A stretch of DNA of 64,000 nucleotides, taken from positions 432 through 64,431 of the IMG/VR virus record IMGVR_UViG_3300046715_000123. One strand, 5' to 3'. The position numbers and the translations under genes are program-made. This document shows positions 27,326-37,912 of this stretch, piece by piece. The notes beneath the pieces are model-generated. The model was not told the origin of the DNA. It was given only the letters and a program-made list of their open reading frames with translations, and did no database searches. The stretch is from a virus (taxonomy: Duplodnaviria > Caudoviricetes). The stretch's first letter is position 1. Every line of letters begins with the position of its first letter.

Positions 27326-28736
27326 CGGTCACCTCCGCCGCAGCGGGAAGCTGGCCATTCTGGTCGCCGAGTGCGGCAAGACGCTGCATGAGCTGGCCAC
27401 TCGCGGCCTGCCCCGCGCTGCGCCGCCTCTCGGCCGCCACCCGGCGCCGCTGGTCCTCGGTGAGCCCGGCCATCTCCAGTACGACATCGCCATCAGCCGG
27501 CAGGATCCCGGCGGAGACCATCTTCACAGCGGCGTCCGTCTGGGCTGCGATCGTCGGCGTCGCCGGATTCCGCCACACCGCCTCGATGCGGCGGGACTTG
27601 TCCGGCGGCTCCCCGTCCCGCACCCACAGCGCGAGACGCATAGCGTCCCGGTGCGTAGCGCTGAACCGGCGGATCCGCCGCTCGGCCTTCTTCACCAGCA
27701 TCCCCTCGGAGCTACGGATCGCGTCCGCGCTCGCCGGGTTGTCGCTGGTGTAGCCGAGCATGTGCGGCGGCAGCCCAAGCTGCGTCGCCATGATCCGCGC
27801 ATACAGGTCGATGATCTTTGTCTGTCCGGACGGGTCGTGAGCCGTGAACGCGCCCACGGTCGGCACGTTGCCGTCCTCGTCCCGCTCCAGAGCAAGAACG
27901 CGGCCGATGTACGTGTCCCACGCCGACTTGGCATTGCCCTCCGCGTCCTGGAACGCCGACTCGGACGCGCCGAGAATGTAGCGCTGCGGTGCACCGAAGA
28001 ACTCCGCCGCCACCTCGATACCCATCAGCCGGCGACAAGCCGCATCCGTGATCGACATGACCTCGGGCGTGATCTCCGACTTCCCGATCCGGTCCGCCGT
28101 TCGCTGCCGGTTCGCCATCCGCAGGACCGGCACCATGCCCAGATTGTGCTGGTCCCGGGCAAAGACCTCCCAGCCGCCATCCACCTCGGCGGCGAGGATC
28201 GTCTGATCCGGCAGGTACAGCGTCGCGATCCGCACGCCGTCCTCCACCGACTCCCGTAGGGCCGCCGTCGCCATCCGAAGCCGCGCATCCCAGAACATCG
28301 TCATATCCAGCGGCGACTCAAACGTGATCAGCGGCGGATCGCCCGCCTCGCCCGACCCGACCGCCACGTACTCGCGGCCATAGGTGAGGGCGTCCAGATG
28401 CGCCAAGCTCGCCTCGTCGAACAGATCGTTGGACTCGGCGATCTCCTCAAGGTCCGACGCGTCCGACCCGTCAGCCCAACGGAACGCCTCCAAGTCGAGA
28501 CGCTGCTCCAGAGCCTCCACACCGATCCTCGGCCAGCCAATCACCGTGTGGAGCGTCTTCAACTGCGGCGGGATGCTAATTCCGAGATCTCGGATCAGCT
28601 GCTCGCCGTCGAAGTAGCTGTCGAGCAGCTCCAACTTGAAGCGGTGACTCAGCAGATCCGAGCGCAGCCCCGTCAGCAGCTGCTGCTCGTCATCCGACAG
28701 CGACAGCAGCGGCAGCTCAGGAATCGTGGCAGTCAT
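27303..28736 (-). CDS. Portal protein (SPP1 gp6-like)
   Basis: WPRIGVEALEQRL, NPASADAI, WRNPATPT. Confidence 0.92.
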   Translation of the reverse strand: MTATIPELPLLSLSDDEQQLLTGLRSDLLSHRFKLELLDSYFDGEQLIRDLGISIPPQLKTLHTVIGWPRIGVEALEQRLDLEAFRWADGSDASDLEEIAESNDLFDEASLAHLDALTYGREYVAVGSGEAGDPPLITFESPLDMTMFWDARLRMATAALRESVEDGVRIATLYLPDQTILAAEVDGGWEVFARDQHNLGMVPVLRMANRQRTADRIGKSEITPEVMSITDAACRRLMGIEVAAEFFGAPQRYILGASESAFQDAEGNAKSAWDTYIGRVLALERDEDGNVPTVGAFTAHDPSGQTKIIDLYARIMATQLGLPPHMLGYTSDNPASADAIRSSEGMLVKKAERRIRRFSATHRDAMRLALWVRDGEPPDKSRRIEAVWRNPATPTIAAQTDAAVKMVSAGILPADGDVVLEMAGLTEDQRRRVAAERRRSAGQAASGQLMQRLAALGDQNGQLPAAAEVTGGGNGLG

Positions 28737-30463
28737 CGAAGCACCACCACCCGTCCCTTGCCGCGCGCCGTCGAGCGCTTCACCCACGCCGGAGAGTTCA
28801 TGACCATGCGCCGCAGCATCCGCGCCCCGATCGCACACACAGCGAGGTCGACCTTTCGGGCCGACTCCCGATGTTCCTTACCGATCGTGTAGCCCCACGC
28901 ATTCGTGCGGCGCCTCGCGTTCGCCACATGCCGGCGCAACTCCTTGCCCCCGTCGTGCGTGAGCTGCCGCTCCAGCACATCCCGGTAGAAGCGATCCACA
29001 GCCTCCGTGAACGCCTGCTGACGCCGCCGGTCACGCATGTCCCACATCACCGCGTGCTGGCTGTGACCCGAGACGACAGCCTTCAGCTTCAGGCGCTTCC
29101 CGTACCGCTGCCCCCACGCGTCGATGAACCCGTCCCAGTACCGCTCACCATCCGCGTCGTCCTGGCCGGCGCCCGGGTCCGCGAAGAACGCCAGCGGCTT
29201 GAACCGGGCGAACGTCTGCTCCACCACGCCGTCGACCTCCTCGCGCGGCACCCGCCACGGACGGCCATCAGGCCAGCCCGCAGGCCGCTGCCACACACCC
29301 AGCGTCTCCAGATGCCCGTCCGACAGGCGGCACGCCACCAGGCCCGTAGCATCGTCCGACTTGGAGCCGTCGAAGAATAGGACGATCTCGTCGCCGTCGA
29401 CCAGGTCGATGCCCTCGTGCGGGCACGCATCCCACTCATACGGAGCGAGGAACGCGTCCTCTGCCGCGACGATCTGGTTGAACCAGAACCGGCGGCTACG
29501 GCTCGGCGGGTTACGAACGTCGAGGATCGACGCCTTCAACCGCTCGATGTCCAGCCACGTCGAATCCCCGCGGACCGCCCGCAGCGTCGGCTCGATCCAC
29601 TCCTCGGACAGCTTCGCCTCGGCCGGAGCCTCCAGGCTGTCGTAGAACAAGCCCACGTCAGCCACGCGTCCCGACTCCGCCGACTCGAAGGCCTCGCGGG
29701 TTCGCTCCGCCACCGAGTCCTCGCCGGGCTCGTAGGCGTTCGTGTTCGCCAACGTCCGCGACTGGCCGTCGGCGCTCTTGGTCGCGTTGCGCTCGATGAC
29801 CGCGGCCATCTCGTGACCCTGGTTCGACTCCAACCAGTGGTGCGTCTCCCCCAGGTTCACGGCCGTCGGACGGCCGCCCTCGAGCGCACGCGGCGAACTC
29901 GTGACTGCTTCCATCCGGGCACGGCCCTTGTCGGCATAGATGATCTCCTTGCCGAGGTCGATCCGGTACTCCTCGATCGCCCGCTTCGACAAGATGCTCG
30001 GGAACAGCGTCATCGTGTTCCGCGTCTGATCCTGCGACACCGCCGCGATCTGCACCCACGCCGCCGGATGCTGCACCCCGAGCGGCTGACCGGCCGGGAC
30101 GCCCCACTCGTTGCCCTCATCCGCGACCCCACCGAACCGGCACGGACCGACGAACTCGAACGCCGACCAGGTAGCGATAAGCGGGTCCTTGCCCCAGCCC
30201 TTCAGCCGCTGGATCACGCCGTCACGCCACAAGAACCGGTTCGTCGCCGGATCCATCGCGTACCACCACAGCGTCAGACGCGCCTGCTCTGCCGTGTACC
30301 GCCAGGGCGCCCCCGCGTAGTGCTGCAGATAGGTCGCTGACCAGGCCAGCGCATGCCAGCCAAGCGTGTAGTCCGGCAAGACGAACCGCCCGTCCGGGCC
30401 GCGCTTCCACGTCGGGCCGATCGTGAACGGCGTGACGACCTCGGGGACTTCCCCCTCAGCCAC
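28733..30463 (-). CDS. terL: Terminase large subunit
   Basis: RLKGWGKDP, AAVSQDQT, FFDGSKSDD, KVDLAV. Confidence 0.93.
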   Translation of the reverse strand: MAEGEVPEVVTPFTIGPTWKRGPDGRFVLPDYTLGWHALAWSATYLQHYAGAPWRYTAEQARLTLWWYAMDPATNRFLWRDGVIQRLKGWGKDPLIATWSAFEFVGPCRFGGVADEGNEWGVPAGQPLGVQHPAAWVQIAAVSQDQTRNTMTLFPSILSKRAIEEYRIDLGKEIIYADKGRARMEAVTSSPRALEGGRPTAVNLGETHHWLESNQGHEMAAVIERNATKSADGQSRTLANTNAYEPGEDSVAERTREAFESAESGRVADVGLFYDSLEAPAEAKLSEEWIEPTLRAVRGDSTWLDIERLKASILDVRNPPSRSRRFWFNQIVAAEDAFLAPYEWDACPHEGIDLVDGDEIVLFFDGSKSDDATGLVACRLSDGHLETLGVWQRPAGWPDGRPWRVPREEVDGVVEQTFARFKPLAFFADPGAGQDDADGERYWDGFIDAWGQRYGKRLKLKAVVSGHSQHAVMWDMRDRRRQQAFTEAVDRFYRDVLERQLTHDGGKELRRHVANARRRTNAWGYTIGKEHRESARKVDLAVCAIGARMLRRMVMNSPAWVKRSTARGKGRVVVLR

Positions 30464-30893
30464 CGATGCGGGACTGGTAGTCGGCGATCGCCGTCACAGA
30501 CGCCGGCGTCTGCTTCACGGCCGGCTTCCGCTCCAGCTCCATGCGGGCCCGGCGCCGGTCGCCCTCCGTCGTCAGCAGGGACGACATCGCAGAGTTCAGG
30601 GCAGCGACGTACTGGCCGTTCGGCGCCCGGTCCGTCGACAGGCCACGCGACATCAACTCCGCCACGTACCGGGCAACCGCCCAGTCCGACGGCTCATAGA
30701 ACGCGGCCTGGCCAGACTCACGCAGAGACACGTACCAGTCCGCGGCAATCGGATGCCACAGCGCATCCGGCTCCGGCAGATCCGGCAGCTCATCCGGCGC
30801 CCCCGCAGGGGCCTGGATCAGGTCCGGGCCGTCGTCCTTGTTGGTGCGACGGCGCTCCTCGCTGCGCTTCGGTATGGGTCCACGAGTGCCCAT
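30456..30893 (-). CDS. terS: Terminase small subunit
   Basis: MGTRGPIPKRSEERRRTNK...SGQAAFYEPSDW...TEGDRRR. Confidence 0.88.
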   Translation of the reverse strand: MGTRGPIPKRSEERRRTNKDDGPDLIQAPAGAPDELPDLPEPDALWHPIAADWYVSLRESGQAAFYEPSDWAVARYVAELMSRGLSTDRAPNGQYVAALNSAMSSLLTTEGDRRRARMELERKPAVKQTPASVTAIADYQSRIGG

Positions 30894-31039
30894 GACGACC
30901 TCCAGGGTCAGAGCGCACCACCAGGGCACGCGGGGCAGATGCAATGCGCCGGCCAGAGGCGCCACCAGGGCGAGAACCGGCACGGCGCGAACGGGCAGGC
31001 CAGGGCCTAGGAAACCCGTACAGAAAGCCAGGTGCTATA

Positions 31040-31100
31040 CGGCCCCGATCCGGAAGATCTGGGGGGTGGGGGGTACGCCCCCTATGTCCGGTTTGAGCGA
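31040..31100. other. Candidate cos/packaging-end region
   Basis: Non-coding stretch upstream of terS with GGGGGTACGCCCCC dyad; HNH-terS-terL layout is typical of cos phages; exact end not determinable. Confidence 0.35.
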
Positions 31101-31314
31101 TCGGGGTTGACTCGGAGGGCAAGTCCCATTGAGTGCTGAATGTCCGCTTTGGCCTTCATGTAGGCCTGTGCCACACACGACCGTTTCGTCAGCACTTATG
31201 CACTTCGAGTGTTGTGCTGCGTTATCGGCGCTTGCGTGTGCGGAACGACCTCAGCCTGCACCGCCTACACCACACCGAGCCTGGCTGCCACGTGCCCTGC
31301 CCCGCGCGCCTGCC

Positions 31315-31572
31315 CTACCGGCCGCTCCTCCTACCTGGGTTGAGCCTGCTGCCCGTACCCACTCCCGTGTTGCGTATGTGGAGGAGCTGGCAGTAGCCCT
31401 TGGCCCTAGCTCCCATGTACGTGTGGAGCTGCTTGGTGCAGCGGGTCCAGTCGCCTGGTGTTCCCCATCGGATCTTGGCTGCGCCTTCGCCGGTCGACCA
31501 GTAGCGCCTGAGAGTCTCGGCATTGCCCCGCTTACTGCGGGCTCCTCGTCCTCGTGCTGCCACCGTGATCAC
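31315..31572 (-). CDS. Small basic phage protein
   Basis: LRRYWSTGEGAAKIRWGTPGDWTRC...GYCQLLH. Confidence 0.7.
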   Translation of the reverse strand: MITVAARGRGARSKRGNAETLRRYWSTGEGAAKIRWGTPGDWTRCTKQLHTYMGARAKGYCQLLHIRNTGVGTGSRLNPGRRSGR

Positions 31573-31600
31573 CCTTCCTGCGGCGCGGGCTGCGGTACGT

Positions 31601-31891
31601 CTACCCCTTGAGCCCTGGGTGCTGCTCGGGTGGCCGCTTGTGTCCGTCCGCCGGCCGTGGCGCGGCGTTCCCTTCCTGGCTGGACTTCAGTCCGTGGCAG
31701 GTGGCGCACACGCCTTGGAGCCGGTCTTCTGCGTGGTCGTCGGTCTTTGCCTGGACGTGGTCGCAGTGCGTGGAAGGACGCACCCCGCAAATTTTGCAGA
31801 TGGGGTCGCGGGCCAGGATACGCGCCCTGATCTTCGCCCAGCCAGACGGGAGCCGGGCCTTACGATCAGACCCCTGCCACCGGCCGCTCAC
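31601..31891 (-). CDS. Packaging-associated HNH endonuclease
   Basis: WAKIRARILARDPICKIC...DH...LQGVCATCHGLKS; GTG start overlaps upstream stop. Confidence 0.85.
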   Translation of the reverse strand: MSGRWQGSDRKARLPSGWAKIRARILARDPICKICGVRPSTHCDHVQAKTDDHAEDRLQGVCATCHGLKSSQEGNAAPRPADGHKRPPEQHPGLKG

Positions 31892-32445
31892 GCGCGCCGG
31901 CTCCACCACCACACGCCGAGCGTGTTGCCGCGCATCGACTCGGTCCGGCCGCCGAGTTGGGCGAGCACGGTATCCATGTCGTCGGCGTCCCAGTGGTGGA
32001 CGTGCGCCTCGTTCGGGTTGCCGTCGACCTCGCCCTGCGGCGCTTCGACGATCGGCAGGGACACGAGGATGTTCTGGGCGCCTTCGGCGTCTTCGGGTCC
32101 GTCGACGATGCGCTGTAGCAGGGCGACGGCGTCGTCGCGTTCCATGTGTTCGAGGACGTCCCCGGCGATGACGAGGTCGCGGTGGAAGAGGTGCCCTTCG
32201 GACTGGCGGGCGTCTTCGATGTGAATCTCGTCGTACATGCCGCGAGTCTTCGTCGACTTCAGCTTGTACTTGGTGATGTACGGCTTGTGAATCTCGATGG
32301 CTGTCCACCACACGCCCTCGTGGGCGGGCCGGAACAGCTTGGCGTAGGTGCCTTCACCGGGCCCGATGTCGCACACGGTGTTGGGCTTGAGGGTGGTGAA
32401 GCGGGCGAGGGACCAGTCCTTGCCCTCGGCATCGCTGGTGGGCAT
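31888..32445 (-). CDS. Class I SAM-dependent methyltransferase (non-DNA type)
   Basis: VCDIGPGEG motif I; DVLEH. Confidence 0.82.
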   Translation of the reverse strand: MPTSDAEGKDWSLARFTTLKPNTVCDIGPGEGTYAKLFRPAHEGVWWTAIEIHKPYITKYKLKSTKTRGMYDEIHIEDARQSEGHLFHRDLVIAGDVLEHMERDDAVALLQRIVDGPEDAEGAQNILVSLPIVEAPQGEVDGNPNEAHVHHWDADDMDTVLAQLGGRTESMRGNTLGVWWWSRRA

Positions 32446-32455
32446 GAGCTGCTCC

Positions 32456-34339
32456 TTATGCCGGTTCGACGATCATCCAGGCGACGGTGGACGCGTCTCC
32501 GGTAACGGTGGACTTGATGACGAACGACGTTCCTGGAATGCGAGAGGCAACGACGGGCGCCCCGTAGGTGGCCGACGCTGCCTGCGTCGTAAGCATGATC
32601 CGCGAGTTCGCGGTGACGGCCGTGGTCGACACGGTCACGTTCGTCGTGCCGTTGAGCGTCGCAGTGCCCATCTTCGCGTTGGCGCCTTCGGCGACCATGA
32701 GGCCGCGGCCAGCGGTGGCGATGCGCATGTCCGCGGTGGTCAGGTCCAGGCGGTTGGCCGCCCCGCGGGCCAGGGTCACATCGGCAGCGGTCGAACCGCC
32801 CGGGCCCCACGTATGCGAACCGGATGCGGCTACGGCGTACCGGTTGACGGAATCGCCGCTAGCCCTGCCGCTGATAATGCCGTCGCTCGAGTTGGTGCGC
32901 TGGCTAGCGAACGTGGCAACGGACCCGGAAGACCCGGCGTTGACCTGGTTGCCGGAGCCGATCGCGATGTTGCCGCCTGCTGCGAGCGCGCCGCCCGTCG
33001 TCAAGGTGCCGCTCGTGGTCAGGTTCCCGGTGATGGTGTTGTTGACCTGGCTGGTGTTGTTGATGTAGCCGGTCACCACCGAGGTCGGTAGAAGAACGTT
33101 GGAGTTCTCTCGGATCACTCCGGGAGACGTGACCTGGATCGCCCAGGTCGGGTTGTTGACGAACGTGGTGCCGCCGAAGATGCAGCCGACGATCGACACG
33201 TTCCCGTTGTCCACCCGGATGTGCGGGTAGGTGGCGTTGGCCGCCTGCGAGTTGCCGTGGAGCATGCAGCCGCGGATGGTGACGTCGCCGTTGAGGACGA
33301 CGATGCCGGACTGCTGGTGGCGGTCGATGCCGGTTGCGGTGATGGCCACCATGGATGCCTGGTCGACGACGACGCCGTGTTGGCCGGAGGACCAGATGTC
33401 GCAGTCGGTGATGTGCTGGACGTTGGCGCCGACACCGATGTACATGCCGAAGTTGCCGGACAGGCCGATCAAGACCGTGTCGAATCCGCAGTCCGGCCCG
33501 TTGACGGTGATCCCGGCGTTCGCCGCCCGCATGATCCACGTGCGGTTGACCTTGACGGCCTGCCGTCCGGAGCCGATGAAAAGTCCGTCGTGCGGGGCGT
33601 TGTCGAAGTAGCAGTCGTAGAGATGCCAGGAGGTGTCCTGGGCGCTGGCGGCGTCCAGGTGGATGATGTCGCCGCTGGTGTTGCCCGCCTTGTTCCCGTT
33701 GAACGCCAGGTCGTGGATCTGGACGTTGTTGATGCCGTCGGCCGCGTGGATCAGGTGGCCGTTCACGCCGCTCTTCAGCTTCAGCGTGCTGGACCGGGTG
33801 GCGGGTACGGGATAGGCGTAGGCCGAACGCATGGCGCCGATCAGCACCATGCCCAGCCTGGCCTCCAGCGTCCCCACCAGATAGGTACCGGGCGGGAAGT
33901 AGACCGGACCACCCGCGTCAATGGCAGCCTGAACGGCCGCGGTGTCGTCGGTGACGCCGTCGCCCTTGGCGCCGTAGCCCTTCTTGACGTTGACCCAGTC
34001 GAGGGGGATCCGACTGTCGGCGTAGGCGCGGTCGCCGTGCGGGTCGACTGCTGCCGCATGCGCGGCCACCTTGCCGGTGGCGTCTGCTGCTGCCGCCGCC
34101 CGGTCACCATGGGGGTCGGTGGCCGCAACGTGATCGGCGACTGCCCCGGCTGCGGCGGCTTCGGCTGCCGGTGCGGCGAGCGCGGGCACGTCTGCGGCTT
34201 CGACGAGCCCGGTGACGCTGCCAGTGTGGCCGTTGACGGAGGACACGAGGCCGGCGGTGACGTCGATGACACGGGCCTGCTGGCCGCCGGTGACCTGGAT
34301 TTCGTCGACGGACTGCTCGCCAGTGACCTGGATTTTCAA
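32456..34339 (-). CDS. Tailspike/depolymerase-like protein, pectate-lyase-3/GH55-like beta-helix
   Basis: [26 protein letters not shown]...YFPPGTY; parallel beta-helix repeats; two DPHGDRA motifs; TTG start coupled to upstream gene. Confidence 0.82.
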   Translation of the reverse strand: MKIQVTGEQSVDEIQVTGGQQARVIDVTAGLVSSVNGHTGSVTGLVEAADVPALAAPAAEAAAAGAVADHVAATDPHGDRAAAAADATGKVAAHAAAVDPHGDRAYADSRIPLDWVNVKKGYGAKGDGVTDDTAAVQAAIDAGGPVYFPPGTYLVGTLEARLGMVLIGAMRSAYAYPVPATRSSTLKLKSGVNGHLIHAADGINNVQIHDLAFNGNKAGNTSGDIIHLDAASAQDTSWHLYDCYFDNAPHDGLFIGSGRQAVKVNRTWIMRAANAGITVNGPDCGFDTVLIGLSGNFGMYIGVGANVQHITDCDIWSSGQHGVVVDQASMVAITATGIDRHQQSGIVVLNGDVTIRGCMLHGNSQAANATYPHIRVDNGNVSIVGCIFGGTTFVNNPTWAIQVTSPGVIRENSNVLLPTSVVTGYINNTSQVNNTITGNLTTSGTLTTGGALAAGGNIAIGSGNQVNAGSSGSVATFASQRTNSSDGIISGRASGDSVNRYAVAASGSHTWGPGGSTAADVTLARGAANRLDLTTADMRIATAGRGLMVAEGANAKMGTATLNGTTNVTVSTTAVTANSRIMLTTQAASATYGAPVVASRIPGTSFVIKSTVTGDASTVAWMIVEPA

Positions 34340-35469
34340 CGGGTCACCTCCAACGACACGACCGCTTTGCCCTTCAAGAGCCGCACGACAGTGGCACCCT
34401 GCACGACTTCGAGGTCCCACACGCCGTTGCGGGTGAGGGTCTCAGTCTGCGCGGCGGGGATGGCCAACTGGATAGAGCCCCCGGTGATCGTCAGGTAGTC
34501 GGTGAGGTCGAGCATCAGGTCACCGGAGTCGGCGGGCGCGGACCGGATCTGCGCGCGCACCGACCAGCCTGTCCACGTGAACGCCGGGTCGTCGGCGACC
34601 GTGTACGTCTGCACGAACGTGGAGCCTTGCTCGATGTACAGGTCCCAGTCACCGGCAGACAAAGCAGCCACCTCCGGGATCTCGGTACCGGCCGCATCCG
34701 CGGTGAGCGTCGCCGTCGCGGTCAGGTCGGCTTCCGTGTGCGCGGACAGCAGGAGCGCCGCGCCAAGGCTTGCGTCGGCGGTCAGGACGGCAGCCGAGGC
34801 GACTGAGACGATGGCGCTCGCCGTGAGCGACCCGTCCACGGTGAGCGTCGCCGATGCGGTCGTCACGCCGCCGTCGGACAGGGTGTTGAACAGGTCGTAG
34901 GCGACTTCGTCTGCGGTTCCTGCGTCACGGTGCGCGGAGAGGTCGAGTGAGCAGTTGTCGACCGAGCCGGTAACCCAGGCGGGCGTTGCGAGTGTCCGCC
35001 GGTTGGTCCACGTTGTCCCGTCGGGGCTGGTGTCCCAGTAGACGTTGGTGCCGTCTTCGCGTAGGCGCAGGAACTTGTGAGTGGTCGACGAGTAGGTGAT
35101 GTCGACGGATCCAGCGTCGAAGTACCCGGTGTCGTTCTTGCACCGCAGGAGCCCGGTGACGGTGTTGATGACGAAGCCGATGCGGTAACCCTCTTGTGGG
35201 CCGCCCGCGTCGCCGATGCCGGGCGCGTTGACGAACACGGAGGCGTAGGCCTCGGTCGCGGTCGACGCGGCCGGGACGGTGGTGACGGCGACGAAGAACG
35301 ACGCACCCGCCATGGTCCAGCTGTAGGCGGTCTGGAAGCCGGCGAACCCGGTAGTGCAGGGGACGTGGGCTTTGCCGCCGGACTGGCTCGCGCCGCCGTA
35401 GGAGTTGCCCCAGTTCGGGCCTATCGAGCCCGCATTGAAGTTATCGATCAACGTCGACAGGGACGGCAC
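34336..35469 (-). CDS. Virion structural protein (lectin-like N-domain, BppU/LtfC-like C-domain)
   Basis: [22 protein letters not shown]; [10 protein letters not shown]...WDLEV. Confidence 0.65.
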   Translation of the reverse strand: MPSLSTLIDNFNAGSIGPNWGNSYGGASQSGGKAHVPCTTGFAGFQTAYSWTMAGASFFVAVTTVPAASTATEAYASVFVNAPGIGDAGGPQEGYRIGFVINTVTGLLRCKNDTGYFDAGSVDITYSSTTHKFLRLREDGTNVYWDTSPDGTTWTNRRTLATPAWVTGSVDNCSLDLSAHRDAGTADEVAYDLFNTLSDGGVTTASATLTVDGSLTASAIVSVASAAVLTADASLGAALLLSAHTEADLTATATLTADAAGTEIPEVAALSAGDWDLYIEQGSTFVQTYTVADDPAFTWTGWSVRAQIRSAPADSGDLMLDLTDYLTITGGSIQLAIPAAQTETLTRNGVWDLEVVQGATVVRLLKGKAVVSLEVTR

Positions 35470-35481
35470 GCCGACCTCCCA

Positions 35482-35871
35482 TCAACTGATCGACAATGCC
35501 AAAGACCCGGCAGTGAGTCGCAGTTCATCGCCCGCGGCGACGGTGCGGGATGCGGCGAGCGCCCCGTACCAGAGGCGGACGGGCGCCCCGGCATTGTCGT
35601 AGACCTCGACGCCGACGACGGTCGCGGCTGGCATGCCGGAAAACACGAGGTCGGCCGAGTTGCTGGTGGCGCCGTTGACGGCAGCGGCCATGGTGAGGTT
35701 CTGCCGGGCGTATGACCCACCGGCGACCTCGGTGCCTGCTGTGGTGTCGGTTCCGTTCGCGGTCACCAGCGCGACCTTGAGCGGCGCGGTGGGCCGGGTG
35801 GGTGCGGTGAGCGCGGGGTTCAGCCAGTCCATGGCCAGGTTCTCGCCCGTGTTGGTCAATGCGTCGGCCAC
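35482..35871 (-). CDS. Phage tail-fibre-associated structural protein
   Basis: GTEVAGGSYARQ...LWYGALAASRTV. Confidence 0.72.
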   Translation of the reverse strand: MADALTNTGENLAMDWLNPALTAPTRPTAPLKVALVTANGTDTTAGTEVAGGSYARQNLTMAAAVNGATSNSADLVFSGMPAATVVGVEVYDNAGAPVRLWYGALAASRTVAAGDELRLTAGSLALSIS

Positions 35872-35978
35872 GCGGCCTCCTTACGGGTAGGCGCCGCGTG
35901 GCGCGAGGTGAGCCCCGCCGTCCGTGACGGGGGCGTTGCGGACGGCGGGGCGTCGGGGTGACCGCCGTGGACCCCGAG

Positions 35979-36188
35979 CTATGCGGCGCGGTGTGCGCGT
36001 TCGCGTGTGGCGGCTTCGGCGCGGAGGACGTCGATGGCGCGGTAGCGGGGCCAGCCTTGCCTGTTGACGGGCTTGATCTTGCCGCGCTTCTTCCACTGGT
36101 AGATCACGTCGCGTCCGACGCCTGCGGCTTCTGCTGCTTCGGCGACGGTCCAGGTCTTTCGGGTGAGGTCCCCGTCGAGTTCGACCAC
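35979..36188 (-). CDS. HTH (MerR/Xis-like) DNA-binding protein
   Basis: TVAEAAEAAGVGRDVIYQWKKRG; AAGGAGG RBS. Confidence 0.75.
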   Translation of the reverse strand: MVELDGDLTRKTWTVAEAAEAAGVGRDVIYQWKKRGKIKPVNRQGWPRYRAIDVLRAEAATRERAHRAA

Positions 36189-36289
36189 GGCGGCCTCCTT
36201 GCATGCCGAAGGCCCCGCGCCGTGGGGCTGCGGGGCCTTGTGTGGGCATAGTGGTCCGTGCAGAAATCTGACACAAACTGCGATCACGG

Positions 36290-37027
36290 TCAAGCTGCTT
36301 GACCAAGTGTGATCGCTTCCGTCATCTCCTTCACGCGCCGGTCGTACTCTTCGCGGCTCAGCAGAAGCTCGCATTCGGGGTTGCGGCAGGAGATAAAGGT
36401 CTCCCCGTTGCAGTGGGCGAGCGTCTTCAGATGGCAGCGCGGGCAGGGTGCGGCCATCTGGACGCGCGGGTTGTTGCGGCTGGTGAAGAACTGGGCTGAC
36501 CGGTGCCAACTGGCGACCTGTCCTGCCGGGTTGGCGTTGTCGCGGTCGTGAGGCTCCTGGGCTGCCGGGTGGTGCTGCATGGCCCATTCCCAGTGCGCGC
36601 CGAGCAGGGCAACGGTGGCGGTGATGCGGCGGCCTTCACGGGCGGGCTGGGTGCTGCCAGTAGCCCGGACGCGGGCTATCTCGCGTAGATCTCGGATGTC
36701 GTTGGCGAGTTCTTCCATCTCGCCGAGGATGCGGTCGAGGAGGAGTCGGGATGCCTGGCCGGGCCAGACGGGGGCGCCGACGCGACCTATGGTGCCGGCG
36801 AGCTTCGCTGGTGTGCCGTAGAGCGCTTCGAGGTGGACGGCGGCGAGGAGTTCGGGGAGTTCGGCAAGTTGCTCGCGCCCGCGGCCGACGCAGCTGTAGC
36901 ACTGGACGGGCTGCCCCCAGGCGGGGGTGATGTGGTGTTCGGTGCCGTCGGCTTCGAGTGCGGTTTCGGCGCGGCGCCAGGCGTTGTTGCACGGGCCTGG
37001 GCAGGGTGCGGGTATGTGGTCGTGCAC
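36290..37027 (-). CDS. Zn-ribbon protein, possible late-gene activator
   Basis: CPGPCN...CYSC...CPRC...CRNPEC; just before late genes. Confidence 0.65.
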   Translation of the reverse strand: MHDHIPAPCPGPCNNAWRRAETALEADGTEHHITPAWGQPVQCYSCVGRGREQLAELPELLAAVHLEALYGTPAKLAGTIGRVGAPVWPGQASRLLLDRILGEMEELANDIRDLREIARVRATGSTQPAREGRRITATVALLGAHWEWAMQHHPAAQEPHDRDNANPAGQVASWHRSAQFFTSRNNPRVQMAAPCPRCHLKTLAHCNGETFISCRNPECELLLSREEYDRRVKEMTEAITLGQAA

Positions 37028-37172
37028 GGTGGCTCCTCGGCGGCGGGTACGGGAAGCATGGTGACGCTGAGTCAAGTGTGCACCAGAGGGTTGACACGCC
37101 GGCGGATGGCCTGCTGAGGGCAACTCGGCACTTCCCGCCCCACTCCCCCACCGCCCGCGTCACACTGCCCCT

Positions 37173-37394
37173 ATGGCGCTTCGTTTCGCGGTGCAGGCAG
37201 ACACGGAGCAGGAGTGCGCGGCCGGCCTGCGCCTGCTGGAGTCGCTGGGCCTGCAGACGGCGATGCTGCCGAAGCTGCTCACCGATGACCGGTGGATGGC
37301 CCGCGCCGTACCAGGCAAGACGAAGGCCCCGCCCGGAAGATCCGGTGCGGGGCCTGACGGGACGTCGGCCGTCATCCCCCCTGGACGTCGGTAA
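37173..37394 (+). CDS. Hypothetical protein
   Basis: MALRFAVQADTEQEC...RWMARAV. Confidence 0.55.
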   Translation: MALRFAVQADTEQECAAGLRLLESLGLQTAMLPKLLTDDRWMARAVPGKTKAPPGRSGAGPDGTSAVIPPGRR

Positions 37395-37911
37395 TCTCCA
37401 CGGACACCTTCGTGCCCGACGACGCGGTGCTGATCATCGACTCGGAGTAGTTGAGGCTCGTCCGGTCCGTCAGCTCGGCCGTCTCGATTACCGGCCCGGA
37501 TTCGTCGCCCCGGATCTCGTAGGTGATCTCGTACACGGCGTCCGGGTCGATGCTCTCGGTGTCGCCGAGGTAGGTCAGGTCCGGTTCGACTGTCACGTTG
37601 CAGCCCGCCGATCCGAAGCACTGACGGCTGGTGGTGCGCAGCTTGATCTCAAAGCTGTAAGCGTCGATCTCGTCGAACGCCGGCTCCGGGTCCGGCACTG
37701 CTGTGGTCGCTTCGTTCTCGGCCGGGGCGCTCGAGGTCGTAGCGGCCGGCTTGCTGTCGTCGCCTCCGGCCTGCACGACGACGATTCCGGTGGCAATGAC
37801 CGCGGCGATGATGGCGGCAGCAGACCCGATGATGATCGCATTGGCGCGTGACTTCTTCGGGTCGGGCGCGGGCGGCGGTACGTCGGGCATGGGTGGGATG
37901 AGGTCGGCCAT
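37372..37911 (-). CDS. Membrane-anchored extracytoplasmic protein
   Basis: Single TM, linker, CFGSAGC domain. Confidence 0.75.
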   Translation of the reverse strand: MADLIPPMPDVPPPAPDPKKSRANAIIIGSAAAIIAAVIATGIVVVQAGGDDSKPAATTSSAPAENEATTAVPDPEPAFDEIDAYSFEIKLRTTSRQCFGSAGCNVTVEPDLTYLGDTESIDPDAVYEITYEIRGDESGPVIETAELTDRTSLNYSESMISTASSGTKVSVEITDVQGG

Positions 37912-37912
37912 G

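Noticed and set aside
11849-35871. Diversity-generating retroelement or retron
   Set aside because: No reverse transcriptase motifs and no template/variable repeat pair seen.
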